From contig CBDCXR010000004.1 of NCBI GenBank assembly GCA_965223845.1, positions 3,200,001 to 3,264,000 on the forward strand: a stretch of 64,000 nucleotides of DNA. The letters are read 5' to 3'. Every line of letters starts with the position of its first letter. The stretch's first letter is position 1. A program made the translations under genes and the position numbers. Positions 18,254 through 27,926 of the stretch are shown piece by piece. The notes below the pieces were generated by a model. That model saw only the letters and a list, made by a program, of their open reading frames with translations. It was not told the origin of the DNA and did no database searches. The stretch comes from Planctomycetota bacterium. Its GTDB lineage: Bacteria; Planctomycetota; UBA8108; SXIK01.

Positions 18254-20956
18254 ATGATTCGTACGACCCGTACTCGTGTCTCCGCGCCCCTTCTCGGTGC
18301 TCTGCTAGGCGTCGCGATGCTGCCGTCTGCGAACGGTGAGACCGAGGCTCGATCGACAGGAGACGTAGCACGCGTGCACCGAGGTCTCCTCGCGCATTAC
18401 GACTTCGGCTCCGCCGAAGGCGATCTCGTGCGCGACCGATCGCCCTCGCGGACTCCCGTCGATCTCCGCATCGCCAACCCGAAGGCGGTTCGCCGCGCCG
18501 CCGGCTCGCTCGAAGTAACCGGTGAGACGATCATCCGCGCGGCGCGTGAGTCGAGGCGCCTCGTTGCGGCGCTCAAGCGCTCGCGCGAGGTAACGATCGA
18601 GGCGTGGGTCGAGCCCGCAAACATCACTCAGAGCGGGCCGGCGCGCATCGTCACGCTGTCGAAAAACTCGTCCGAGCGAAACTTCACCCTCGGACAGGAC
18701 GGAGACAAGTTCGAGGTTCGCCTCCGCACCTCGAGAACGAACCCGAACGGACACCCGTCACTGAGCACGAAACCCGGCAGCCTCGGCACGAAGCTCTCTC
18801 ACATCGTCTACACCCGTGACCGGGGTGGGCGAAGAGCGATCTACATCGACGGAAAGACGGCGGCGGAGAGCAAGATCGCCGGTGACTTTCGCAACTGGGG
18901 AGAGCAGTTCTCGCTCGCCCTTGCGAACGAGCACGGCGGCGGGCGCGCGTGGCGAGGGACGTACCATCTGGTCGCTCTCTATCGTCGGAGTCTCGCGCCC
19001 GCGGAAGTCGAGCAGAACTTTCGCGCGGGTCCGAACGCACCCGCTCACCGCGGAGACGAACTCGCGACCGCGGTCGACCGCGATGCCCACCGTTTCGAGA
19101 CGGAAGTCGCGCCGATCCTCTCGCGTCACTGTCTCGAGTGTCACGATTCAAGCACGCGCAAGGGCAAGCTCGATCTATCGCGGAAGGACAAGGCTCTCGC
19201 CGGCGGTCGCGACGGGCCGCCCATCGTGCCGGGGAAATCGGCGGAGAGCCTTCTCTGGGAACTCGTCGAATCGGACGACATGCCGGACGAGCGCCCGCCG
19301 CTCACGGCCGAGGAGAAGGAGACGCTCAAGAAGTGGATCGATGACGGTGCGACGTGGTCCCTCGATCGAATCGATCCCGCCGTTTACGTCCACGGTGCTC
19401 ACGGCGGCGACGAGATTCTCCGTCGGCTCACGGTCTCCGAGTACATCGACACCGTCCGCGCCGCAATCGGCGTCGACATCGCGTCGGAAGCGCGGGAGCT
19501 CCTCCCGCCGGACCTGCGCGCCGATGGGTTTCGGAATACCGCCTACAATCTAAACGTCGACCTGAAACACGTCCGCTCGTACGCCGAGCTCGCCGGAATC
19601 ATCGCGACGCGCTTCGACGCCCTCCCCTTTGCCGCTCGCTTCTCGAAGAGCCGCCGCTTCACTGACGACGACATGGGGAAACTCATCTCGGGAATGGGAA
19701 AGCACATTCTCCGCGGCTCGCTCGACGAGCACGAGATCATCGCTTACCGCGGCCTCACAACGGCGGTCGCGAGCGCCGGCGGAAGCTTCGAGGATGCGGT
19801 GCGTCTCATCATCGAGGCGATGCTTCAGTCGCCGCGCTTTCTCTACCGGGTCGAAGACCAGCGGGGATCGGGGTCGCTCGTTCCGGTGACGGACGACGAG
19901 CTCGCTGCTCGCATCAGCTACATCGTGTGGGGAGCGCCTCCCGACGACGAGCTGTGGCAAGCCGCCGAAGCCGGGGAGCTCGACTCCGAAGGGGTCGAGC
20001 GCCAAGTGAAACGCATGCTCGAAGACCCGCGCGCGATCGTGCAGTCGGAGCGCTTTCTTTCCGATTGGCTCCACCTCTCCCGTCTCGAGAACCTGAAACC
20101 CGGCGAGGAAAAGTTTCCCGGCTGGGATCCGAGACTCGCCGACGATATGCGTGCGGAAACCACCGCGTTCTTCCGGGAGATTGTATGGGAGAAAAAGCGA
20201 CCGCTCAGGGAGCTCTTCAACGCGCAAGTGACGTTCCTCACTCCGCGACTCGCGCGGCACTACGGGCTCGACGCACCGGGAGAAGAGATTTCTGCAGACG
20301 ATGCGCCGGCCCGGTATGATCTCTCCGAACAGCCGAGTCGCGGCGGTCTCCTCACGCATGCGAGTGTGCTCACGATCGGGGGTGATGAGGCGTCGATGGT
20401 GACGCGGGGTCTCTTCGTCTTTCACGAGCTCCTCCGCGGAGTCGTCAAGGATCCCCCGCCCTGCGTCGACACGAGCCCGAAGCCGACGAAGCCGGGGCTC
20501 ACGCAGCGCGGAATCGCGCTCGAACGAGTGAAGAGCAAGAGCTGCGGCGGCTGCCACGCCAAGTTCGAGCCGCTCGCGTTCGGCCTCGAGCGTTTCGACG
20601 GCATCGGCACGTACCGCGAAGAGGACGAGCACGGAAACGAGCTCCGCTCGGACGGAGAGATTCTCTTTCCGGGCGAGGCCGAGTCGCGTGCGTTCGAATC
20701 GTCAGCCGAGCTGATGGATCTCCTCGCGAACAGCGAGCGCGTCGCCGAGTCGATCACGTGGAAGCTCACGCAATTCGCGGTCGGCCGACCGCTCGTCGCG
20801 AGTGATGCGGCGACCGTGAGCGCAATTCACAAGTCGGCGACGGAGAACGGCGGTACCTACGCGAGCATGATCACCGCGATCGCGACGAGCGACCTCGTGC
20901 GGCTGATTCGCACGGAGAGCGACGAGGACAAACCCGCTGAGCAGCGGAGCTTTTGA
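18254..20956 (+). CDS. DUF1592/DUF1588-family protein with LamG and planctomycete cytochrome c domains
   Basis: Signal peptide from ATG 18254; LamG (VTIEAWV...ARIVTLS); CLECH; LRRLTVSEY; MLQSPRFLYRVE; RGGLLTHA; CGGCHAKFEPLAFGLERFDGIG. Confidence 0.9.
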   Translation: MIRTTRTRVSAPLLGALLGVAMLPSANGETEARSTGDVARVHRGLLAHYDFGSAEGDLVRDRSPSRTPVDLRIANPKAVRRAAGSLEVTGETIIRAARESRRLVAALKRSREVTIEAWVEPANITQSGPARIVTLSKNSSERNFTLGQDGDKFEVRLRTSRTNPNGHPSLSTKPGSLGTKLSHIVYTRDRGGRRAIYIDGKTAAESKIAGDFRNWGEQFSLALANEHGGGRAWRGTYHLVALYRRSLAPAEVEQNFRAGPNAPAHRGDELATAVDRDAHRFETEVAPILSRHCLECHDSSTRKGKLDLSRKDKALAGGRDGPPIVPGKSAESLLWELVESDDMPDERPPLTAEEKETLKKWIDDGATWSLDRIDPAVYVHGAHGGDEILRRLTVSEYIDTVRAAIGVDIASEARELLPPDLRADGFRNTAYNLNVDLKHVRSYAELAGIIATRFDALPFAARFSKSRRFTDDDMGKLISGMGKHILRGSLDEHEIIAYRGLTTAVASAGGSFEDAVRLIIEAMLQSPRFLYRVEDQRGSGSLVPVTDDELAARISYIVWGAPPDDELWQAAEAGELDSEGVERQVKRMLEDPRAIVQSERFLSDWLHLSRLENLKPGEEKFPGWDPRLADDMRAETTAFFREIVWEKKRPLRELFNAQVTFLTPRLARHYGLDAPGEEISADDAPARYDLSEQPSRGGLLTHASVLTIGGDEASMVTRGLFVFHELLRGVVKDPPPCVDTSPKPTKPGLTQRGIALERVKSKSCGGCHAKFEPLAFGLERFDGIGTYREEDEHGNELRSDGEILFPGEAESRAFESSAELMDLLANSERVAESITWKLTQFAVGRPLVASDAATVSAIHKSATENGGTYASMITAIATSDLVRLIRTESDEDKPAEQRSF

Positions 20957-21236
20957 CGGTCGGAATCTCTCGGCTCTGCGCAACGAGTTCGACTAGCCAT
21001 TGCGATTTGATTCGAACCATCAACGCGCTCGCACGGCGCGTCCGCCGAGCCGGGGCGAATCAACACCGCGCCATCGGCAGGAATCACGGCGTGATCCTGC
21101 GGGCGACAGCGATCCAGACCGCGCGCTTCGACGTGGACAGGACCCGAGAATCCGCGCAGAATGGGAGCGATCGTGGACCGAGCGATCTCGCCCGCGATGA
21201 TCCGAACCGAGGGCATACTTTCGGAGAGCTGACGGG

Positions 21237-22676
21237 ATGAGCGAACGAGTACTCAGCCGAAGAACCGTTCTCAAGGGCTTGGGCGCCGCGACCATCGGGC
21301 TTCCCCTCCTCGAGGAGATGCTCGTCTCGACGGCGTCGGCCGCCTCTCCGGCGGGGCCGCTCGCCGGCGGAGACGTTCCCGTTCGTGCGTTCAACGTGTT
21401 CTTCGGGCTCGGCATCCCCGCGCCGCTTCAAACCGAAGGATTCGAGGGAGTCCTCGAGCCGCTGAAGCCGCTCGGCGACAAGCTCCTCCTCCTTCGCGGC
21501 GTCGATCAGACTCGCTGCGACGAATCGGGCATCAACGCGCACTTCGACGGCGCGTCCGGCGCGTTTACGGCGGAGCCGCCCCAGGGGGAAGCGAAATCGG
21601 GCGGGCCCTCGATCGATCAGGTGATTCGAAAGGCCCACTATCCGAACGGGATGCCTCCCGGAATGGTGCCGACTCTCGTCGCCGGAACCTTCTTCCGGCG
21701 GAGTCGCGTCTCTCGGTACGTTCACAGCTACAACGAGGACGGAACGGTCGCCGCCGCGATGCAGGAGCGACCGCGCGACGTGTTCGAGCGCGTGTTCGGC
21801 CGTCTCACCGTTGCGGATTCCGGTGGCGATCCGCGGCAGTCCCGGTGGAAGCGAAGCATTCTCGACGCGATGGTCGATCAGTATCGCTACTTCACCGGGC
21901 CGGCGTCTCCCCTCGGAAAACGCTCGCGCGCGCGCGTCGCCGACCACCTCGATCGCATCCGCGAGTTCGAGCAGCGAGCGTATCAGATGAAGCACAACGC
22001 GAAGGGAGCGCCTCCGCCGCCCGCGCGCTCGAAACTCGCGCACGGCGGGTCCGCGGACCCAGGTGGCCAAGGGATCGATATGGTCCTCGACGATCTCGTC
22101 GAAGAGTGGCGGCTCCTCGCCGACCTCTACGCGCTCGCGATCGAGACGGACCGCGTCCGCTTCGGGTCGATCACCTTCCTCGCGGCGGGGGAGCGCCTCC
22201 GGATCACCGGGGACTACAAGTACGACGGTCGCCTCATCTACTCGTTCAATGACGCGAAGGACCTGAACGCATCCGGCGACAAGGGCTGCAGCCACGAGTG
22301 GTGGCACAAGTTCAGCGAGAAAAAGAAGAACGAGCAACTCCGCGCGCACGCACACATGAAGATGCGTGAAGTCGCGTACTTCCTCGGTCGCCTCGACAGT
22401 GTGAAGGAGGCGAACGGGCGCTCGATCCTCGAGAATTCGCTCATCACCGTGTCGACGGAGTCCGGTGACGGCCGCCACTCCGATCCGAAGCGCGAACTCT
22501 CGGGAGTGTTTCACGCGATCACCGGAGCGAACGGACGCTTCAAGACGGGCGCGATCCTCGACGTCGGACACGAGGGCGTCGATGTCTACAATTCGATGCT
22601 CGCTGGCATGGGCGTCAGCGGGCGCCTCGGGCCATCGGATCGCGAAGCGCGCGCGGTCGACACGATCCGGGCGTGA
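21237..22676 (+). CDS. DUF1552 domain protein
   Basis: Tat-like LSRRTVLKGLG...GLPLLEEM; SIDQVI; RSILD; HLDRIREFE; SILENSLI; downstream of its usual DUF1592 partner. Confidence 0.9.
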   Translation: MSERVLSRRTVLKGLGAATIGLPLLEEMLVSTASAASPAGPLAGGDVPVRAFNVFFGLGIPAPLQTEGFEGVLEPLKPLGDKLLLLRGVDQTRCDESGINAHFDGASGAFTAEPPQGEAKSGGPSIDQVIRKAHYPNGMPPGMVPTLVAGTFFRRSRVSRYVHSYNEDGTVAAAMQERPRDVFERVFGRLTVADSGGDPRQSRWKRSILDAMVDQYRYFTGPASPLGKRSRARVADHLDRIREFEQRAYQMKHNAKGAPPPPARSKLAHGGSADPGGQGIDMVLDDLVEEWRLLADLYALAIETDRVRFGSITFLAAGERLRITGDYKYDGRLIYSFNDAKDLNASGDKGCSHEWWHKFSEKKKNEQLRAHAHMKMREVAYFLGRLDSVKEANGRSILENSLITVSTESGDGRHSDPKRELSGVFHAITGANGRFKTGAILDVGHEGVDVYNSMLAGMGVSGRLGPSDREARAVDTIRA

Positions 22677-22834
22677 GTCCCATTCGGTCGGGCCTGCACC
22701 GCGAACACTCGGTGTCCCTAACGGTCGCGTCCCGATCGTTCACGAAGCAGCCGCAGATCGTTCGCACGGTCCGTCCCGACACGGTGATCGAAGCGGCTGC
22801 GTTCTCCTATCCTCTTGCTACCGTACTTTTTCTC

Positions 22835-22908
22835 CTTCGTCTCCCTTCGCGGTCCTTCGCGCACTTCGTGTGCAGCCCTTTCTTCGTGCGTCGGAGCTCG
22901 TAGCTCCG
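22835..22908 (+). repeat. periodic CTTCG repeat followed by hairpin
   Basis: CTTCG at 22835, 22845, 22855, 22864, 22882; CGGAGCT-cgt-AGCTCCG at 22892-22908. Confidence 0.6.
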
Positions 22909-22938
22909 CCCACTGATTGCTGACACGGCACGAGAACG

Positions 22939-23967
22939 ATGCCACCCCGCTTTCGCGTCGGCCTGACGCACGATTTTCTAAAGCCCGACGGAACGCTCGG
23001 GTTCGGTGACATCGGGCTCAGCCTCCTCGACGCGGCACCCGACGTCGAGTACGAGTTCTTGCCGTCGTGCGGGGACGAGATTCCGCCGGGACTTGCGAAC
23101 GACTACGATGCGCTCCTCGTTCTCGCACCGCGCGTGACCGAAGAAACCGTCGCCCAAACGGAGCGGCTCCTCGTCGTCGCTCGCTTTGGCGTCGGATACG
23201 ACAACGTCGACGTCGACGCGTGCACGCGCTGCGACGTCGCGCTCACGATCACGCCGGACGGCGTTCGGCGACCTGTCGCGACGGCGGCGATCACGCTTCT
23301 CCTGGCACTCGCGCACAAGATTCTGATCAAAGATCGACTCACCCGCGCAGGGCGTTGGGACGAGAAGATGGACTACATGGGGACGGGAGTCACCGGAAAG
23401 ACTCTCGGCATCATCGGCCTCGGGAACATCGGACGCGAAATCATCGGTCTCGCCGCGCCGTTCGACCTCCAGTTGATCGCGTTCGATCCGTACCTCGCGG
23501 CGAGTGACGCTCCGGTCGAGCTGGTCGATCTCGATGAGCTTCTCTCGCGCGCGGATTTCGTCTGTGTGACCTGCGCGCTTACGCCGGAGACCCACCACCT
23601 CCTCGACGCGCGACGGCTCGGACTCATGCGGCAGACGGCCTACCTCATCAACGTCGCGCGGGGTCCGATCGTCGATGGTCGCGCGCTCGCCGAGGCGCTG
23701 AGATCGAATGCGATCGCGGGCGCGGGACTGGACGTCTTCGAAACGGAGCCGGTCGATCCGAATGACCCGCTCCTCGAGCTCGAGAACGTGATCGTTTCGC
23801 CGCACGCGCTCTGCTGGACGGACGAGCTCTTTCGAGGGAATGGGGAGGCTGCGTGCCGGAGCATTCTCGAGCTTGCCGGCGGAAGGGTTCCGCGCGACGT
23901 CGTGAATCGGGAGGTGCTCGATCGCGAGTCGTTCCGGGCGAAGCTGGCGCGGTACGGGGCGGAATGA
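22939..23967 (+). CDS. D-isomer-specific 2-hydroxyacid dehydrogenase
   Basis: GVGYDNVD; GIIGLGNIG; INVARGPIVD; GAGLDVFETEP; SPH. Confidence 0.95.
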   Translation: MPPRFRVGLTHDFLKPDGTLGFGDIGLSLLDAAPDVEYEFLPSCGDEIPPGLANDYDALLVLAPRVTEETVAQTERLLVVARFGVGYDNVDVDACTRCDVALTITPDGVRRPVATAAITLLLALAHKILIKDRLTRAGRWDEKMDYMGTGVTGKTLGIIGLGNIGREIIGLAAPFDLQLIAFDPYLAASDAPVELVDLDELLSRADFVCVTCALTPETHHLLDARRLGLMRQTAYLINVARGPIVDGRALAEALRSNAIAGAGLDVFETEPVDPNDPLLELENVIVSPHALCWTDELFRGNGEAACRSILELAGGRVPRDVVNREVLDRESFRAKLARYGAE

Positions 23968-24022
23968 GGATGGAAGCATGGACTCGTCTCGGTGGCGGTC
24001 GACCGGGGAGGAGGGGAATGAG

Positions 24023-24054
24023 ATGAAGTTTGTCGGGAGCGGGAACGGAAACGG
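24023..24054 (+). repeat. dispersed intergenic element, copy 3
   Basis: ATGAAGTTTGTCGGGAGCGGGAACGGAAACGG after the purine-rich tract GGGGAGGAGGGGAATGAG. Confidence 0.8.
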
Positions 24055-24093
24055 ACACCGTCACGGACACTTGTACGAAGAGGACCCCGGAGC

Positions 24094-24897
24094 ATGAGAT
24101 CCAACCCCGTCAAACGACGGATCGCGGACGGTGGCGTATCGATCGGCACCTTCGTCTTCGAATTCGACTCGACCGGGATCGGCCGACTCGCCGCCGGGGC
24201 GGGTGCGGAGTTCGTCGTCTTCGACATGGAGCACACGGGATGGAGCGTCGAGACGATTCGCTCACTCGTCGCGACGACGCGATCCACCGATATGATGCCC
24301 TTCGTGCGGATTCCCGCGACCGAGTACCACTTTGTCGCGCGCGTGCTCGACATGGGGGCGACCGGGATCATGGTGCCGATGGTGGAGAGCCGCGAGCAGG
24401 CAGAGCGCATCGTAGAGTTCGGCAAGTACCCGCCCGTCGGCCGCCGGGGCGCCGCCTTCGGTGTCTCGCACGACGACTACACGGGCGGCGACGTCGCGGC
24501 GAAGGTCTCGAGCGCGAACACCGAGACGCTTCTCATCGCGCAGATCGAATCAGCGGCGGGGCTCGAGAACGTCGACGCGATCGCTTCCGTCGGCGGAATC
24601 GACGTCCTCTGGATCGGCCACTTCGACCTCACGAACTCACTCGGGATTCCGGGCGAATTCGACCATCCGCGATTCAAGGACGCCGTCCGGACGATCGTCG
24701 ACACCGCTGAACGTCACGGGAAGTCGACCGGATTCATGGCGGGGAGCGAAGCGGAGGGCCGCCAGCGACTCGACGAAGGCTTCCGCATCCTCGCCTACGG
24801 CGGCGATCTCTGGCTCTACCAAGGTGCGCTTCGCGCGGGGATCGACGCGATGAACGAGCATGTCCGCAGCGCCTCACCCTCGGCTCGTTCGCGCTGA
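24094..24897 (+). CDS. HpcH/HpaI class II aldolase
   Basis: FDMEH; VRIP; LDMGATGIMVPMVES; KYPPVGRRG; AQIES; WIGHFDL. Confidence 0.95.
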   Translation: MRSNPVKRRIADGGVSIGTFVFEFDSTGIGRLAAGAGAEFVVFDMEHTGWSVETIRSLVATTRSTDMMPFVRIPATEYHFVARVLDMGATGIMVPMVESREQAERIVEFGKYPPVGRRGAAFGVSHDDYTGGDVAAKVSSANTETLLIAQIESAAGLENVDAIASVGGIDVLWIGHFDLTNSLGIPGEFDHPRFKDAVRTIVDTAERHGKSTGFMAGSEAEGRQRLDEGFRILAYGGDLWLYQGALRAGIDAMNEHVRSASPSARSR

Positions 24898-24909
24898 GCT
24901 ACGAGCGCA

Positions 24910-26436
24910 TCAGCCGCCGAGGCCGACGCCGGCGTAGCGGATGCCGGCGAGTTCCGCGAGCTCTTTCTTCCACGAAGTGATGTCGTCGCGCACGAACTGA
25001 TTGAGGTGCGCATGTCCGCACGCGCGCGCCATCACCTGCATGAGCTCGGTCGATGCCCGCAGGAAGTTGGTGAGCTGCGCGGCGGACTGCTCGACGTTCA
25101 GTCGCGCGCGGAGATCTTCCTTCTGCGTCGCGACTCCGGCCGGACAGAGATTCGTATTGCAGATGCGTGCCGCGACGCAACCGATTGCGTGCATCGCGGA
25201 ATTCGCGATCGCGACTCCGTCGGCGCCCAGGCAGAGCGCCTTGATGAAGTCAGCGGGCGTTCGAAGCCCCCCGGTGATGATAAGCGTGATGTCCGACCGC
25301 CCCACCGAGTCGAGGTAGCGCCGCGCCCGGGCCAGAGCGGGAATCGTCGGGACCGAGATGTTGTTTCTAAAAATGAGCGGAGCCGCGCCCGTTCCGCCGC
25401 CGCGGCCGTCGAGAATGATGTAGTCGACTCCCGCCGCGAGCGAGAACTCGATATCTCGCTCGATGTGGTTCGCCGACATCTTCATTCCGACCGGGATTCC
25501 TCCGCTCAGCTCGCGCACGCGATCTCCGAACCGGCGGAAATCCTCCGGCGTCGTGAGATCGGTGAATGTCGCCGGCGACACCGCGGCCTTCCCTTCTTCG
25601 AGACCGCGCACGGCGGCGATCTTCCCTTTCACCTTGTTGCCGGGAAGATGTCCTCCGGTTCCCGTTTTCGCCGCCTGTCCGCCCTTGAAGTGAAACGCCT
25701 GCACCTTCGAGAGGAGCTCCTCGCTGAATCCGAACTTCGCCGAAGCGAGCTCGTAGAAATACCGCGAGTTCGCCTGCTGCTCCTCGGGCAGCATCCCGCC
25801 CTCGCCGGAACAGATGCCCGTTCCCGCACCTTCGGCCCCGCGCGCCAGCGCGGTCTTCGCCTCTTCCGAGAGCGCGCCGAAGCTCATGTCGGAGACGAAG
25901 AGGGGGATCTCGAGTCGGAGCGGCTTCGCCGCGTTCGGCCCGATGACGATTTCCGTACCGACGTCGGCTTCATCGAGGAGCGGCTTCGTCGCGAGCTGCG
26001 CCGTGAGGATCTGTAGATCGTCCCACTGGGGAAGCGACGGACGCGGCACGCCCATCGCGCCCATCTCGCCGTGGTGCCCCGTCTTCGCGAGTCCGTCACG
26101 CGCGAGCGCCTTCACGTAGGCGAGGGTCGGTTCCTCCGGCGTGCTTTCCGCGTCTCCACCCGCCGAAGGAGCGCTCGCCCCGGGTTCAGCGTCGTCGCTC
26201 TTCAGTTTCGCGTGCGTCCCGTCGCAGTACGGCGGATTCTTCGTCCGCTTGCACATGCAGAGGTACGCCTCCTCCGCGGCGTCGACGGTGAACGCTTTCG
26301 GCGCGAACGGTGTCGTGCGGTGAGAGCCGTCGCAGAGGGGCTGGGACCTCGACTCGCCGCACGCGCACCAATAGTGCTCACCCGCTTCGAGCTGGACCTG
26401 TATCGGCTTCGTGTCGGCGATCTTCGGCTTCGTCAT
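24910..26436 (-). CDS. FMN-binding glutamate-synthase-family protein with two N-terminal CDGSH [2Fe-2S] motifs
   Basis: WCACGES...LCDGSH and LCMCKRT...YCDGTH; MSFGALS; SGEGG; GQAAKTGTGGHLP; DGRGGGTGAAP; CVAARICNTNLCPAGVATQ. Confidence 0.93.
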   Translation of the reverse strand: MTKPKIADTKPIQVQLEAGEHYWCACGESRSQPLCDGSHRTTPFAPKAFTVDAAEEAYLCMCKRTKNPPYCDGTHAKLKSDDAEPGASAPSAGGDAESTPEEPTLAYVKALARDGLAKTGHHGEMGAMGVPRPSLPQWDDLQILTAQLATKPLLDEADVGTEIVIGPNAAKPLRLEIPLFVSDMSFGALSEEAKTALARGAEGAGTGICSGEGGMLPEEQQANSRYFYELASAKFGFSEELLSKVQAFHFKGGQAAKTGTGGHLPGNKVKGKIAAVRGLEEGKAAVSPATFTDLTTPEDFRRFGDRVRELSGGIPVGMKMSANHIERDIEFSLAAGVDYIILDGRGGGTGAAPLIFRNNISVPTIPALARARRYLDSVGRSDITLIITGGLRTPADFIKALCLGADGVAIANSAMHAIGCVAARICNTNLCPAGVATQKEDLRARLNVEQSAAQLTNFLRASTELMQVMARACGHAHLNQFVRDDITSWKKELAELAGIRYAGVGLGG

Positions 26437-26605
26437 TGCGATTGAGGAACTCGTTGAAAAAGTGCTGCGAGTCGAGAACCGGCTAGTTTGCGTTCAGTTG
26501 CTCCGCGGCAAACGCAGGCAGTCTCGGTGGATTTCGAGGATCGACGCGGCCGAGCTGCGCCTGAACGTGTGGAGCTCTCGGCCGAGTGAATGGTTCGATG
26601 GGCCG

Positions 26606-27880
26606 TCAGAACAGCTCCGCGATCGGCTGCGCGTGCGCATCGACGAGCGGCACGGGACGATTTCCCGGCGCCATGTACTCCTTCGCGTAGTCGATCCCCA
26701 TCGCGTGGCAGATCGTCGCGAAGAACTCGGGCGTCCCCACCGGTCGATCGACGACCGTACCCCCGGGACGCCTCCCGTTTTCATCGGTCTTCCCGATCAC
26801 TTGGCCGGTCTTGAGTCCGCCCCCGGCGAGAAGCGTCGTCCACGCGCGCGGGTAGTGATCTTTACCGTCGACGGGACCGCGGCCGAACTCGCCCATCCAG
26901 ACGACGAGCGTCTCGTCGAGCATGCCGCGCTGCTTGAGGTCGGTGATCAACATCGCCATCGCCGGGTCCATCCACTCGCAGCGCGTCCGGATACGCTTTG
27001 CTGCGCCCTCGTGATCGTCCCAGCCGCGGTGGAAAATCTCGACGAAGGAGACGCCGGTCTCGATGAGACGCCGCGCCATGAGGCATGCCTTCCCGAATTT
27101 GTGCTCGCCGTAGGCAGCACGGATGTTCGCGGGCTCCTCGTCGAGCTCGAACGCCCTCGCCTGCGGGGATCGCATGAGCGAAACCGCGCGATCGAATGCC
27201 GCCTGCTTCGCGGCAACGAGGGGATCCGTGCGGCCGACAGTGAATCGGCGCTCGCTCTTTCGCAGGAGCGCGAGACGGCGATCGAGCTCGGACTCGGGAA
27301 CGGAGTTCGCGAGGTTCTCGAGGCCCTTCGCCGGATCGCGCACCGCAAGCGGTGCGTGCTGGACGCCGAGGTACGCAGGTACGGAGCGATAGAGACGTCC
27401 GCCGTTCCCCTTGTCGAATCCCGCGTCGATCGTGACAAACGACGGGAGCGGCGCGCGCGGGTTTCCGATCTCGTGCGAAGCGATACTCCCGATCGACGGG
27501 TGCTCGAAGCCGCCGAGACGCGCGTAGCCGGTATGGAGGAGATACTTCGCGCGGTAGTGGCCACCTTCGCCCGTGCTCATTCCGCGAAGGAGAGCGACAT
27601 CGCTCATCACCTTAGCCATCTTCGGCAGGCAGTCGGTCACGTGGACGCCCGGAAGCGTCGTCGGAATCGTCGCGTACTCGCCGCCCGGCTTCGGATCGAA
27701 GGTGTGAGCCTGGCTCGGTCCACCGTCCATCCAAAGAAGAATGCACGCTTTCGCCCCACCTCGTCTCGGCGGTGCGCTCGCCGCGAGGGTCTCGAACCAC
27801 GGCACGGTGACGCCGGAAAGCAGTCCGGCCGCCGACAGCTTCATCCAGTCGCGACGGCTGATGTCTCTCGGAGGATTCAC
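26606..27880 (-). CDS. DUF1501 domain protein
   Basis: GTG 27880 after AGGAGA; SRRDWMK; WMDGGPSQ; GWDDH; GEFGR. Confidence 0.92.
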   Translation of the reverse strand: MNPPRDISRRDWMKLSAAGLLSGVTVPWFETLAASAPPRRGGAKACILLWMDGGPSQAHTFDPKPGGEYATIPTTLPGVHVTDCLPKMAKVMSDVALLRGMSTGEGGHYRAKYLLHTGYARLGGFEHPSIGSIASHEIGNPRAPLPSFVTIDAGFDKGNGGRLYRSVPAYLGVQHAPLAVRDPAKGLENLANSVPESELDRRLALLRKSERRFTVGRTDPLVAAKQAAFDRAVSLMRSPQARAFELDEEPANIRAAYGEHKFGKACLMARRLIETGVSFVEIFHRGWDDHEGAAKRIRTRCEWMDPAMAMLITDLKQRGMLDETLVVWMGEFGRGPVDGKDHYPRAWTTLLAGGGLKTGQVIGKTDENGRRPGGTVVDRPVGTPEFFATICHAMGIDYAKEYMAPGNRPVPLVDAHAQPIAELF

Positions 27881-27926
27881 GAGGTTCTCTCCTGATCGAT
27901 CGTCTTCGTAGTTCACAGGTGGATCG

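Noticed and set aside
9613-24054. Dispersed repeat interpreted as a CRISPR array or IS ends
   Set aside because: Copies are kilobases apart, with no spacers, cas genes, transposase or evident target duplications.
26470-26540. GCAAAC-containing region upstream of the CDGSH/glutamate synthase-like gene as a c-di-GMP-I riboswitch
   Set aside because: Lacks the GGCAAAC-stem-GAAA-stem-GACGCAAA order on the sense strand; only a weak GTTTGC/GCAAAC pairing.
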